Shown: piece after piece, positions 39,229 through 52,945 of the stretch
How the letters are laid out: the number at the start of each line of letters is the position of its first letter
Position numbering within the stretch: the first letter of the stretch is position 1
Assembly (NCBI GenBank): GCA_964016885.1
Contig: OZ024740.1
Coordinates: forward strand, 58,652,001-58,716,000
Direction of reading: 5' to 3'
Source of the DNA: Eledone cirrhosa
Lineage: Eukaryota
Length of the DNA: 64,000 nucleotides
Translations under genes and position numbers: made by a program
Notes under the pieces: generated by a model
What the model was told of the DNA's origin: nothing
The model's input: only the letters and a program-made list of their open reading frames with translations
The model's database searches: none

Positions 39229-39358
39229 ATATTTAATATAGATAGGGCTTCTACAGGACTAGAACTGTTTAATTCGGGAGAAATCATCAGGGCTTCTTGA
39301 TGATTTCTCCTGAATGAAACAGTTCTAGTCCTGTAGAAGCCATATCTATATTAAATAT
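39229..39358. ncRNA. Fold-back pair of hammerhead-bearing PLE termini
   Basis: Arms 39229-39289 / 39298-39358. Plus arm ggcttct-UGAUGA-tttc(tcct)gaat-GAAAC-agttcta-GUC-ctgtagaagcc; the minus arm retains CUGAUGA. Confidence 0.65.
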
Positions 39359-39562
39359 GTATACTCTGCTATGTATTGAGTACCTTATGTGCTGTGGTTA
39401 CTCCCGATTGAACCCAGGATAAACTTATATATATATATAAGAAAGTGAGGATTTTTACAAAATAAAAAAACCAGGTGTCCTACACGGGTGAAAGTATAAG
39501 GAAAAAAGATGAAATCGAAAATGCAACTGGAGTCTTTTTTAAAAAAATATATTTATTTGGTT

Positions 39563-39599
39563 CCTTTACCGGTTTCGCAGTTCTTGTGCTTTCAAAAAT
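39563..39599 (-). ncRNA. Degenerate minimal hammerhead in the 3' terminal region of the PLE
   Basis: Minus strand ttt-UUGAA(-)A-gca(caagaac)tgc-GAAA-ccgg-UA-aagg; palindromic stem III; same strand as the PLE ORF. Confidence 0.6.
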
Positions 39600-40378
39600 A
39601 GAATTGAGATGGAGGGTTTGTGGTTTTCTCGCATCTGGTTGGTGTTCGAATGTTACTTCTGTTTTATATGGAAAAAAAGTGGCTCAAAATGCTAGGTTTT
39701 TTAGAAAAGTAATTTTGTTGTCATGTGAATAAGTATAATAAATTTAATAAATTTCGCACCAGTTCACATTACAAATTTCTTATTATATTTGCCTTCAAAA
39801 AAAGGGGGGGCTCAGATTGTTTTTTCATATATGAGTGAAATTGGTTGGTTGATGCAGTCACGTGAATAAGCACATCAACTTCCGCGCCAGTTTGTGTTTG
39901 AATTTCTTTTTACTTAAAAAAATGTGGCTCACGAAGGCTTTTTTTATAAATGTAATTTGATTGGTTATAAATGAAATTATGAACGTCACGTGAACAAGTA
40001 CATTAAATTTCACACCTATATTTGGGAATTTCTTTTGTAGCCATTTAGAGAATTTTGTGCCAAATAAAAGATAAAGGTCAAGAAAAACTGGATAGGGAGA
40101 ATTGTTCTGGCTCAGTGAGTATGGCTGATGTGCTGGGGTATCAAAATTCAGACTTTCTATTGAAATAAAGAAAGTAAGGATATGTATGTTTATTTGTGTG
40201 CTGGTGTGTGTGTGTAGGAAGATGATTCTATTAGTAGAAATGGGGGAGGGAGTTGTGTGTGTATGGGTGTTAAATGTGCAGGTGTATGTGTGTGTGGGGT
40301 ATGGTTAACATGTTAAGGAGTATTAACATATATTAAAGTTTATTTAGCTCTGGTTTTTATTTTCGAATATAGAAGGTG

Positions 40379-40942
40379 TTATGTGTGTATGTATGTGTCT
40401 GTTTGGATGGTTAGCATCTTATGGTGTTGACACAATGTATAGTAAACTATATTTAATGCTGGTCTATATTTTTGAATAAACATATTTTTCTTATTTATTC
40501 GTATTTGTTCTGTTGTATTGTCAGCGCAAAGATAAAATGGGAAGACTTGGAATTTGGGTGTCTTATTACTTGCGCATATGTTTAGATGTGCACTGAGTAG
40601 TATCTGTCTTGTGGTAGGGTCTCGTAATTGTTGGCGATGAATTGTCATTCTGTTTCTGAGTGTGAGTTTAGTTTGTCCTATATAAGCTTCATTGCATCCT
40701 TTACATTTAATGGCATAAAATAAATTTTTTGATGAGCAAGTGAAGTGATTTTTTACAACAAAATTTTGTCCTGATTGAAATGTATACATGTTGCTTTCAA
40801 TGAGGTGAGTGCAGGTTCCACAATTAGATCGTCCACATCTTTTGACAGTTGGTTGTGGGTTTGTGGTAGGTAATTTGGCATTGGTGAGTAATGTTTTTAG
40901 TGATTTCGGTTGTCTTTTGCTTTTGATTATTTTGTGTTTCAA
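40379..40942 (-). pseudogene. PLE GIY-YIG endonuclease domain (frameshifted from RT)
   Basis: GIY-YIG motif with CxxC and downstream His residues; C-terminal FIQKYRPALN. Confidence 0.9.
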
Positions 40943-42008
40943 GGGCTTTTTTCATTCTTGTTTCAATAGTGGGATCTTGTGAATAATGTAAGCTTCCGCA
41001 TTTCTTGGGTTGTGTGTTGAGATATATGATAGAATATTGGACGTACGTTGAATTTGTTTCTGTTTTCGTAATTCATCAATGCCTATTGCTTTAGCCCTTT
41101 CTATTCCATTATTTATTAGTAATAGTGGGTACTGTATTTCGAGCAAAATTTCCTTTAATTCTTGAAGTCTTTTATTTCGCGTTTCATAATTGGAGACAAT
41201 TGTACAAATTCTTCTTGCTAGGTTAAAAGGAATGTTCGTCGTCGTGTGCTTTGGATGGTTGGAGGTGAATAGCAGGTATTGTTTGGAATCTGTTGGTTTG
41301 TAGTGTATGTCAGTTTCAATATTTGTGCCTTTTTTCATGATTAAGATGTCCAGAAATGGGAGTTGATCTTGGCTGTATTCCATTGTGAATTGGATGTGGT
41401 TATTGATGCCGTTAATTAAATTTTTGAAATCATTTAGTTGGTCCAGTGTGTGAGACCAAACAATAAGACAATCATCCAAGTAGCGTTTCCAATTCTCTGA
41501 TAAATATTTGTGGAAGTTCAATCCGTATTTTGAATTGGAGTGTTCATATATCTTGACTTCCAAGTATGAAATGACTAAGTTGGCATAAGTTGGAGCGACT
41601 TTTGTAACATCACAGTCCCCGATATTTGTTTGTAAGTACTGCCATCGAAATAAAAAAAGTTGTTCTGTAAAATAAATTTTAATCCCTCGATGTTGAAGCT
41701 TTATTCTATTCTGTCAGGTATCTCATTGGGATATTTCTCTAGCAAGAATCCTATTGCTTCTAGTCTGTATTGGTGTGGGATCGTTGTGTAGAGATTCACT
41801 ACATGGAAAGACACAATAATAGAGTCGTTGTTGACATGTTTGGGGAGGTGGTTTAATTGTAAAAACCTGTTTAGACCATTACTCACCAGAGTACTCGACA
41901 CTTGGGGTAGTAGAGTATGGTTATATGAAAGAGTCTTGAACTGGCTGTTGAAATGGCAAGAGCTCAGCCGTTGGGGTCCTGACACATATATATTATATAT
42001 ATATATAT

Positions 42009-45000
42009 ATCATCATCATCATCATTTTACGCCCGCTTTTCCCTGCTTGCAAGGGTGGGACGGGTCTTATTCAGCACAGCATCTCTCCACTCGTCACGGT
42101 CCTTCGTCATCTCCACCGTGAGTTCAATGATCTGAGGTCTGTTCTCACCACCTCCGCCCATGTTTTTCGTGGTCTACCTCTACCACGTCTTCTTTCAAGT
42201 GGCACTTCCTGGCACTTCTTCACCCATCGGTCATCCTCCATGCGCATCACATGTCCATACCACCTCAGTCTCCTCTCCCGTACACTACATTCTATCCCTC
42301 TCAGACACAGTTTCTCTCTCAACACATTTATGCTGGGTCGTTCACGCACATTTACACTGCACATCCAACGGAGCATGCTGCCTCATTTCTCTCCAGCCGT
42401 CGCATATCCTCTGCAGTTGCTGCCCATGTCTCACTACCATGCAGCATTGCGCTCCTCACACAGGCATCATACAACCGGCCTTTCGTACGCAGGGAGAAAC
42501 CCTTCTTCGTCAACAGACGAAGCAGCTCCCTAAACTTCTTCCAACCCGTCCTTATTCTAGATACTATGGCCTTGGAACACCCTCCTCCCATGCTAATCTG
42601 ATCTCCTAGGTACTGGAAGCTATCCATCACTTCTATAGTACCCTCCTGCATTTGAAAAATGTGTCTATCAATGCGACTTCTGCTGTCTAATTTCCCTGTA
42701 CATCTACTGCATACATATTTCTCCCTACCTGTTAGTTTGCCTGCTATCCTGCTACATCTCTTGTGTACCCAGGATCTGCATTGTGTGCATTTTATAGAAT
42801 TTATGCCAGTTCCTTTTCTGCATATCGAACATGGCCATTTCCCTGACGGAATCAGGGTTTTGTCCTCTTTTCTACTCATCAACACTTTTGTCTTAGCTAG
42901 GTTCACTCTCAGTCCTCTTGCTTCCAACTGCTGTTTCCATAGCCAGAATTTATTCTCTAGCTCCTCTACTGATTCTGCTATAAGAACCAGATCGTCAGCA
43001 TAGAGAAGTTCCCATGGACAGCCAGTCTTAAACTCCTCTGTTATGGCTTAGAGGACTATAATGAGCAAGAGCGGGCTGAGGACCGAAGCCTGATGTACTC
43101 CTACTTGTATCTGGAATTCCTCACTAAACTCCATTCCTACCCTGACTTTACTGAGAGTACCTCTGTACAAAGTTTGCACTGTCCTCACAAGCCATTCCTC
43201 AACACCTAGCTTCCTTAGGGACCACCAGATGACAGATCGGGGTACCCTATCAAAGGCCTTCTCTAGGTCAACAAAGGCTAAGTATAGTGGCTTATTTTTC
43301 TCTAAGAACCTCTCTTGCAATTGTCTCACTAAGAAGAGGGCATCTGTTGTACTCTTCCCAGGCACAAAACCAAACTGCATCTCATCTAGTTTGACCCTTT
43401 CTCTAATTAGTTGTGCTAATATCCTTTCTGCCACTTTCATAACCTGATCTATCAGTTTTATACCCCTATAATTGCTCCTCTCCAGAGCATCCCCTTTATC
43501 TTTGTAGTAATTTATGAGAATACAGCTGCACCAGTCTTTGGGTATGACCCCACCATATATAGCCTGATTGATGATGCGTGCAACCAGTTTAGTGCCTACG
43601 TCCCCTGATGCCTTCAGCATCTCAGCAACTATTCCCGATGGTCCAGCAGCCTTACCATTTTTCATTTCCCTAATCGCCTCTTGGACCCTATATTCGTCAA
43701 TCTCAATAGCTGGTCCCTCTGTCGGATCTACTAAGGGTAATTTCTCTCTCTCCCATTCGTTCTCCACATTCATCAGTCTCTCATAATGACATTTCCAGGC
43801 CTCCTTTTTCTGATCATTTGTGACACTAAGTACACCGGCATAATCCCAAACACATTTATCTCCAACAACATCCTGATTTGCATTGACACACTGCCTTGCA
43901 ATGTGGAACACCGCACGCCTCTGATCTTCCCATCGCAGAACATTGGCAAACCTCCTACTCTCCGCCTCCCTGCGTGCTAAGTACACCTGACGTCTAGCTT
44001 CTCTCTTAGTGGCTGTATATTCTTCCCTACTCCCACCCTTTTTCCAAGCCTTCCATGCTAGTCTTTTGTCTCTAATGGCCTTATCTACTGTGCTGTTCCA
44101 CCACCAGGTCACTCTCTGTCTGGTTGGAGCTCTGCTCCAGCCACAAGTTTCATCAGTAGCCTGCAGCAAGTTGTGAAAGGTCTTTTAACTTCCAGACCTT
44201 TCTTCTCCACACCTTCCTATATGTCTCATTCCATCTCTTGCTTACTGAGATATCACTAACAACTAACCTATGCTGTGGGGTACATTCTTCCCCAGGGTAT
44301 GCTTTGGTATTATACACTATCTGCCTGTCCCGCTGCCTAACTAGTAAGAAGTCAATCTGGCTTATGTGCTCACTTGATTTGTAGGTTCTTAGGTGATTGG
44401 CAGGTTTCTGGAAGTTTGTGTTGCAAATAGCCAATGTACCTGCATCACAAAATTCAAGAAGTTTCACTCCTTCTTCATTTCTTGAGCCATAACCGTGCCC
44501 ACCATGTACCCCAGTGTAACCATCCTGGAGCTGTCCAACATGACCATTGAAGTCTCCTGCTAGCATAATGATGTCTCCGTCCTCTGTCATTGCGGTTGTT
44601 TGTAAAAGTTGCTCGTAAAAGCAGTCTTTCTCATCTTTGCTAGGCCTGCTTGGGGAGCATAGGCAGAGATGATTGTCAGTAGACTCCTGCCTACAACTAA
44701 TCTAAGCTTAATTATTCGATTACTAACTCAAACTACCTCTATTGTCTTATTGATCCATTTCTCAGCCAGGAAAATGCCTACTCCCCCTAACCCATCATCC
44801 TTACCTACCCAGAATAGGTTATAGCTAAGACGTTTGCCTACGACTAGTCTCGCAGAGGCACCTCTCCATCTCACCTCTTGCACGCAGCACACATCCACCT
44901 GCCTTCTCTCCAGCATCTCCGCTATTTCAGCAGATCTACCTCTGAGAGTGCCAACATTAAGTGTTGCAACTCTGAGATGCGACGTCTTCATATTTTGTTG

Positions 45001-45200
45001 TTGTTCCTATTTGTTGCTGTGCTGATAAGCGTTTTGGCATTGATACACTGGTTGGATGCCCTTCCTAACACCAGCGCCACTTTACAGCATGGACTGGGTG
45101 CTTATATTTGTGCCACCAGCACTAGAGAGGATGTCTTACTAGACTCAAGGGTCCTCTCTACCCCTAAAGGAGCTTCCGATTCCAGAGCCAGGGTCGATCA
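42009..45200 (-). mobile_element. Near full-length RTE LINE family C, frameshifted
   Basis: APE start 44728..44991 (LRVATLNVGTL, CVQEVRW), APE 44153..44590, RT 43048..44169, YADD ~42990-43002, PHD in 42352..42927, very short 3' UTR, (TGA)n tail at ~42009-42024. Confidence 0.95.
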
Positions 45201-45299
45201 TTAATCAATCGTTCCTTGAGTTGATCAACAGTGAGACATGTAATATGTAATTAAATATGTATATGATGCAACACTGATTCTTTGTTCCCTTATATATTA

Positions 45300-46664
45300 G
45301 ATGAGATGCAGTTTGGTTTGTGCCTCAGAAAAGTACAACAGATGCTCTCTTCTTAGTGAGGCAACTACAAGAGAAGTTCTTAGAGAAGAATAAGCCACTA
45401 TACTTAGCTTTTGTTGACCTAGAGAAGGCCTTTGATAGGGTACCCTGATCTGTCATCTGGTGGTCCCTAAGGAAACTAGGTGTAGAAGAATGGCTTGTGA
45501 GGGCAGTTCAAGCTATGTACAGGGGTGATGTCAGTAAAATGAGAGTAGGTATGGAGTTTAGTGAGGAATTCCAGATATAAGTAAGTGTACATCAGGGTTC
45601 GCTCCTCAGCCTGCTCGTGTTCATTATAGTCCTGCAAGCCATAACAGAGAGTTTAAGACTGGATGCCCATGGGAACTTCTATATGCTGATGATCTGGCTC
45701 TTATAGCAGAATCAGTAGAGGAACTAGAGAATAAATTTCTGGCTATGGAAACAGCAGTTGGAATCAAGACGACTGAGAGTGAATATAGCTAAGACAAAAG
45801 TGTTGATCAGTAGAAGAGAGGATAATACTCCGATTCCATCAGGGAAATGGCCATGTTCGATTTGTAGGAAAGGAACTGGCATAAATTCCATAAAATGTAC
45901 GCAATGCAGATCTTGGGTACACAAGAGATGTAGTGGGATAGCAGGCAAACTAACAGGTAGGGAAAACTATGTATGCAGTAGATGTACAGGGAAAGTTGGC
46001 AGTATTAATCGCAGTGATAGACACATTTTACCAATGCAGGTGGGTTCTATAGAAGTGGTTGATAGCTTCCGTTACCTAGATGATCAGATTAGCATGGGAG
46101 GGGGGTGTTCCAAGGCCATAGTATCTAGAATAAGGACGGGTTGGAAGAAGTTTAGGGAGCTGGTTCCTTTGTTGACAAAGAAGGGTTTCTCCCTGCATAC
46201 GAAAGGACGGTTATATGATGCGTGTGTGAGATGCGTGATGCTGCATGGTAATGAGACATGGGCAGCAACTGCAGAGGATATGCGACAGCTGGAGAGAAAT
46301 GAAACAAGCATGCTCCATTGGATGTGCAATGTCAATGTGCGTAAACGAGTTGAGAAAGAAACTGGGTATAAGAGGGATAAGTTGTGGTGTGCAGGAGAGA
46401 AGGCTGAGATGGTATGGACATGTGATGCGCATGGAGGATGACCGCTGGGTAAAGAAGCGCCAAGAAATCCCAGTAGAAAGAAGACGCAGTAGAGGTAGAC
46501 CATGTAAAACATGGGCGGAGGTGGTGAGAGCAGACCTCAGATCACTGAAACTCACCGAGGAGATGACGATGGACGGTGACAAGTGGAGAGATGCTGTGCT
46601 GAATAGGACCCGTCTAACCCTTGCAAGCAGGGAAAAGCGAATGTAAAATGATGATGATGATGAT
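45300..46664 (+). mobile_element. 5'-truncated RTE LINE family C, inverted relative to its neighbour
   Basis: Starts at LDEMQFG; YADD ~45681-45692; PHD; C-terminus; (TGA)n tail. Confidence 0.95.
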
Positions 46665-47077
46665 ATGTTTGTGTGTGTTTATATTTATAACCCGTAACTT
46701 ACCAATTTGATAAAGAGAGATAAAATAAGTACAAGACTTGAAAAAACTAAATGCTGTGGTTAATGTAATAAACTTTGAGGCTGTGCTCCAGCATGGCTAC
46801 TGTCTGATTAATGAAACCAATAAAAGAATGAAATAATATATATTTATGAGAGTCATCTGACCAAGGTACTCTCATAGAACTTTTCAACATAGTCTCTAGA
46901 AAACAACAATGCAGTTGTCAATAAGAAGAGTTGAAATTAATGCATGCAAGATTTCACAGCTCTAGCATCACTCTTTCTTTGTCAGCCTATGAACCTTTCA
47001 GCCAACCCTCATATGTGTAATTTTTGATATTACTGTTACATTTTTACCTGTGTATATTTTATCAGTGTTTGTATATA

Positions 47078-47955
<878 letters not shown>

Positions 47956-48996
47956 TATATATATAGGGAGGTTTTACAGCCATATTCTTTCTGGATATTT
48001 CTATTTCCAAGTCCTTTTGTTTGTATAATTTCTCCGGTTATGTATTTTTGTTCTGGTGTTGTCTGCCATGAAAGATATATCTACCAAGGAAAAAAAGTTT
48101 TTGTTTAATGACCTTTGAAAATGGAATTTATCTGTTTGCTTTTTATTCCACTATCTGTGAAAACTGCCATATCATAAAGATGGTTTCATAATATTATTTT
48201 GAAACCTTTTGTTTATATGATTTTTTTTCTATTGGGGTTTCTATAATACTGCATTGTTTCAAGTGTATGAATGAAAATGTTATTCGAAGGATAAGACTTA
48301 ATTTGCCTGCCTGGTAGTTTAGTCCCAACAATGTTTTATTTCATTCTGCCATGCACTTCTGTTTACTACTGTTATCCTCACTGCTTTCTGCACAAATCAG
48401 CAACCATTTTACATTGTAGTTTTAAGCTGATTTCTTCAGAAGGCATTGCCATCATTTTTGTCAAGTATGACAGTTTATTTCTTTCAGATTTAATTGACAA
48501 ATACGGTTTTTTTTTTCAGTGATTTTCGTACAAACACCCAGGACTAGATATTGTGCATATGACAGGGTGCTAGATTTCAAAGAGATAAATTAGGGTGTTT
48601 GCTGTCAAATATGGCTTGTACAACAGTTGGTTATGTAATTATATAGAGGCGCTTTTGCTGACAATCACGAAGCCAATAATATACCACACGCCTATTACAT
48701 TTCTTTACATACAACTGAAACAGAAGAAATGGGTTGATTGAAGAAAAAAATGTTCTATAAACTTCTAAATCTGTAAACTGAAAAGATTCTTATTGTTAAA
48801 AAAACTAAATCTAACTTCTCTATAGTTATTATGTAGAATCATGTAGTTTTTACAACTCAGTAGAGGTTTTCCTTCTCTATCTCACTTCTTTGTCCTCTTC
48901 TCACTCTCACCTCATTTCATTATACTTTTTGCTCTTCTATATTCAAATTAAAGTTATCAAGATACTTCCAATTTATTTTCTCCTCTTTGTTGTTGC

Positions 48997-49210
48997 TTAA
49001 CCCCTTAGCATTTAAACTGCCTGTATCCAGTCAGAATTCTCTCACCTCTTTCTGTTCAAACTGGCTGTAACCACCTCCTCATACCAATGTTAAAGTATTG
49101 TTCTCAAAATAAATAATATCAAAATCTCATAGATTCAATATTAATTGTAATTGTAATAATTATGTGAGGTAAAGCCTTTCCCAACAGTAATGTAAATGCT
49201 AAAGTGTTAA
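48997..49210 (-). mobile_element. MITE family M1
   Basis: ttaaccccttagcatttaa...gtaaatgctaaagtgttaa. Confidence 0.85.
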
Positions 49211-49729
49211 TCAGGAAGAAGGACAGTATATATGACCCTTTGAGGGGCCTATGAGATTAATAGGAGGAGGGTATGTTCAAGTCAGAGACTTCTTTTGCAT
49301 GCTTGCAACATAGAGCACTCCAGTAAAGGCAGCCAATGGCCATGTGGATGTTAAACCAGGTGACGGATTAAACCTACTACTTAAGTAAGCCATGGGGCAA
49401 TTTGAACTCAGAACACAATGAGGTAGAACAAATGCCACAAGGCACCCTATCTGACAGTTCATCTATATGATTCTTGATACTTTGTGAAGCTCATTGACAA
49501 TTTAAACTTTTACTTTCACATTAAACTTCATATATATTCCAGTGTTAGTTTCATTTTATTGTCCTTTTGGCATTTCATTATTTAAAAGCTGAAATTTTAC
49601 ATAATTATTATCTAATAAATATTTATTACTATTTTCTAGTCAAGCATTGTTTTGCCACGTCAGTCTTCTATTATTTCATATTTATATAACTTAGTAATAG
49701 CTATAAACTTTTATCTTTCACATAAAGAT

Positions 49730-50070
49730 TGGAATGGATCTCTGTTAGTTTTGATCATTAGTGTTCCAGTTGTTCAATCAATGGAACAGCCAGCTCATGA
49801 AATTACCATGTAAGTGGCTGAGCATTACACAGACATGTATATCCTTAACGTAATTCTTAGGAAGATTCAACATGACTGTGACAAGGCTGGCTCTCTGAAT
49901 TACAGGCACAATCCATCTGGCAGGCTTCCAAACAGTTTCAGTTTACCCAATTTCACTCACAAGTCTTAGGGTTCACTCAAGGCTATGGTAAATGATGCTT
50001 GCTTAAAATGCCACACAGTAGGTTTGAATCTGAGGTTAATGATGGCGAAAGAAACTTCTAAACCTTCCGT
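49730..50070 (-). mobile_element. Decayed CORE-type SINE (S2), near full length
   Basis: Minus strand: tRNA-like head, tttaagcaagcatcatttaccatagccttgagtgaaccctaagacttgtgagtgaaattgggtaaactgaaactg, long 3' tail domain. Confidence 0.55.
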
Positions 50071-50249
50071 TCTTGTTGCATCTACTCTCTTAAAGAATAT
50101 CATGTTTTTATCTACACAGTTCTATGATAATTTCTATGTAACTCCTGTAACTCAGCATGAAAAAAAGAATGTTGAAACAATGTTCTCAGTGACAAAAGTG
50201 GCAATAAATAATCTAATATTAAAATGTGATGCAATAAGGAAAATGAAAA

Positions 50250-50480
50250 TGATTGACAAGATTCCAGATCTCATTTGTTTACCAAATGGGCTGGAGCTCA
50301 TCAAATCGAACCAAGGAAACAATGTTTCCATTGCTGATACTATCTACTAGTCATCACGCCTGGTAGAAAGAACAACATAAAATAAACTGTCTAGCTCAAG
50401 GACATAACACAGCGCTCATTTGGGGAATCGAACTCGCACTCTCACGATTGCAAATCCAATTCTCTAACCACTAAGCCTTC
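50250..50480 (-). mobile_element. tRNA-derived SINE family S3
   Basis: Minus strand ggcttagtggttagag (A box)...gagttcgattcc (B box)...tccttgagctagaca; related to 58530-58682. Confidence 0.7.
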
Positions 50481-51171
50481 ACAATAAAGCCATCTATTAT
50501 TCCATAATCATAATTACAACTTTTCCTTTATACTTTATTTCAATTCTTCACGGGCAACAAGGGAGCTTCAACAGATATATATATATGTTATGTATGAGCA
50601 AGATGAGGCCACTCTGATATGTCTGGTCTTGAACTGTGACAACCTGTCCAACACATGCCATTGGGGAAATTGAACCTAAAATGAGAATGGTTAGGTTTTT
50701 TTAAATTTAATACCTCTATGTATAACTTTTCTATTACAATTATTTGTGCCAAGCTGACTTTGATATTTAAAATTAGGGTTTTTCTGTGTATTCTAATTTT
50801 TGGTGTATGAGGAGTTCCCCCCCAAACCTGAAGTGCCCCAGACCCTTCAAGGTCTAAATGCAGCCTTGTGTGCGTGTGGCATTAGGAAGGGCATCCAGTT
50901 ATAGAAATCAACCTCAAAATGGAATGTGTGAGTAAAATGTGGTTACTTGACCAGTCAAACCTCAGAATGTGACAATCCATCTAAACATGGAAAACAGACA
51001 TTAGACAATGATGGTGGTGGTGGGGGTTGTTGTTGTTGTTGTCGTCGTCGTCGTTGCTGTTGTTGTTGCTGCTGCTGCTGCTGCTGCTTAATTCAGTGAC
51101 TATATTTTTGGCATTCCAAAGGCCCCGGAGAAACAAAAGGGTACATATTGAAAATGATATTGCTAGATGAC

Positions 51172-51668
51172 TTCATCATCATCATCATCATCATCATTTT
51201 ATGTCCACTTTTCCCTGCTTGCAAGGGTGGAACAGGCCCTATTCAGCACAGCGTCTCTCCATTCATCACAGTCCTTTGTCATCTCCTTTGTGAGCTTCAT
51301 TGATCTGAGGTCAGCTCTCACCATCTCTGCCCATGATTTTCATGGTCTTCGTCTACTGCGTCTTCCTTCCACTGGGATTTCTTGACATCCTCCATGTGCA
51401 TCACATGTCCATACCAATGCAGTCTTCTCTCCCGCACACTACTACTTAGCCCTCTCATACACAGTTTCTCTCTCAACTCATCTATGCTTGGTCGTTCATG
51501 CACATTGACATTGCCCATCCACCGGAGCATGCTTCATTTCTCTCCAGCCATCGCATATCTTCCGCAGTTGCTGCCCATGTTCTCACTACCATGCAACATT
51601 GCGTATCTCACACAGGCATCATATATCCGGCGTTTCGTTCGTAGGGAGAAACCCTTCTTTGTCAACTT
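51172..51668 (-). mobile_element. RTE family C-like 3' fragment
   Basis: LTKKGFSLRTKRRIYDACVR...RERRLHWYGHV; (TGA)n tail. Confidence 0.9.
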
Positions 51669-52058
51669 GATTATGTATATTTTTAAAGAACCACAAAACA
51701 TGGCAACATTGCTTTTCATGCTTTTAGGATGGATAACATGAAGTGCTAGTCCAAGGTGAGGGGTTGTTGGAATTGTTAGAGCACTGGTTGAGATGTTTTT
51801 CCATAGTTTTTTTTTTAGCTTTGCACATTTTTTATACAAATTTGACTATGGTCTCATTGAAAAGTAAACTTAATCAGTTGCCTGGTTTAACACCTACATC
51901 TGGGTATTGGGTGCTTTTTGTCAAGTCCTCTCTGTTACAAACATTTAGCATCCAGGTTCCCGTTTTAAGAATACCTGCTTTTCTCCCTACTTCCCACCAA
52001 TCTCCAAGGCCCAGTAAAGAATCATGGGCAATGTTTTTCCACTCCCTGTCTAAACAGT

Positions 52059-52099
<41 letters not shown>

Positions 52100-52945
52100 T
52101 TCATTTCAATTTTAATTAAAATGAGAAAGATTTTGAAGATCTGAGGTTGAATGGATTGCATATAATCTGCTAAATGTGAAAAACAGTATCTGTGCCAGAA
52201 AGTATGCCAATATTGGAAATGAATATTAACAGCATTGATTACCATATGCTTCTATGTTATTTGATGTCTAAGATTTTTATTTGAATAATAGAGGTTTGTG
52301 TTTCTCTTCCATTAAATAAATAATTTTTCATTGATCTATGTGGCTGGTCTCAAGCAAAATCAGCTAGCTTGGAATTTTCTTCTTCTAATTAAAATTACAA
52401 TCAAACAGATGTCTTTAATAACAATGTAATAACTTACCATGCAAGTACTGTGACTGATAGGATTCATTAATGTAAACAGCAGAAGCAAATTTGTTCCCTT
52501 GCAGTGCAGTACTGAGTTCAATTCTCATGACAGAAAAAAGGCAGGATTTAAACCAGTATGTCAACCCAGGGTTCACAGAGCTAATGAAATGTCCTTGCAT
52601 ATCTGACATTTCTTTCTTCCCCTCCCTTAAAGAAGCTCTCAACCCCCTTGGATTTCAAGGAAAACTCCTCTCTCCTCAGAGCACAATCTTGTTCTACCTT
52701 GTAAAATTCCTCTCACCCACTTAACTGGAGGAAAATAAAGAAACTGGAGTTAAATCAGTACAGCTTCTAGGCACGGCTGGATTAATCATTAAACAAAATA
52801 AGCACATGCTTTGGGCTTCAAGCGAAGCAGGGCACCATTTTATTCAAATTAAATGTATTTGGCATTCCAAAAGAAATACTTTTGACCCAAAAGTAAGGGT
52901 ATTAATGTTCTATGTAAATGTGTATTAGATGTACATGAAATTACA

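Larger units (their letters stand above)
39438..41870 (-). mobile_element. Penelope-like element (Neptune-like), 5'-truncated and frameshifted
   Basis: RT pieces (IVSFHVVNLYTTIPH; WKRYLDD; FTME...LPFLDI; DIHYKPTD; LARRICTIVS), Cys linker CGRSNCGTC...FTCSSKN, GIY-YIG nuclease LFYAIKCKGCNEAYIGQT..LRNRMTIH, ~0.9-kb 3' region ending in (TA)n. Confidence 0.93.

Noticed and set aside
42009-46664. Twin-priming 5' inversion as origin of the inverted family C pair
   Set aside because: Both copies have their own tails, overlap in element coordinates and are clearly diverged; two insertions fit better.
50400-50480. tRNA gene candidates (also 7440-7520, 58610-58682)
   Set aside because: A/B boxes present but no cloverleaf; they are SINE heads.
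51700-52060. Coding-like segment next to an RTE fragment
   Set aside because: May be a decayed transposon ORF, but no motif could be assigned.
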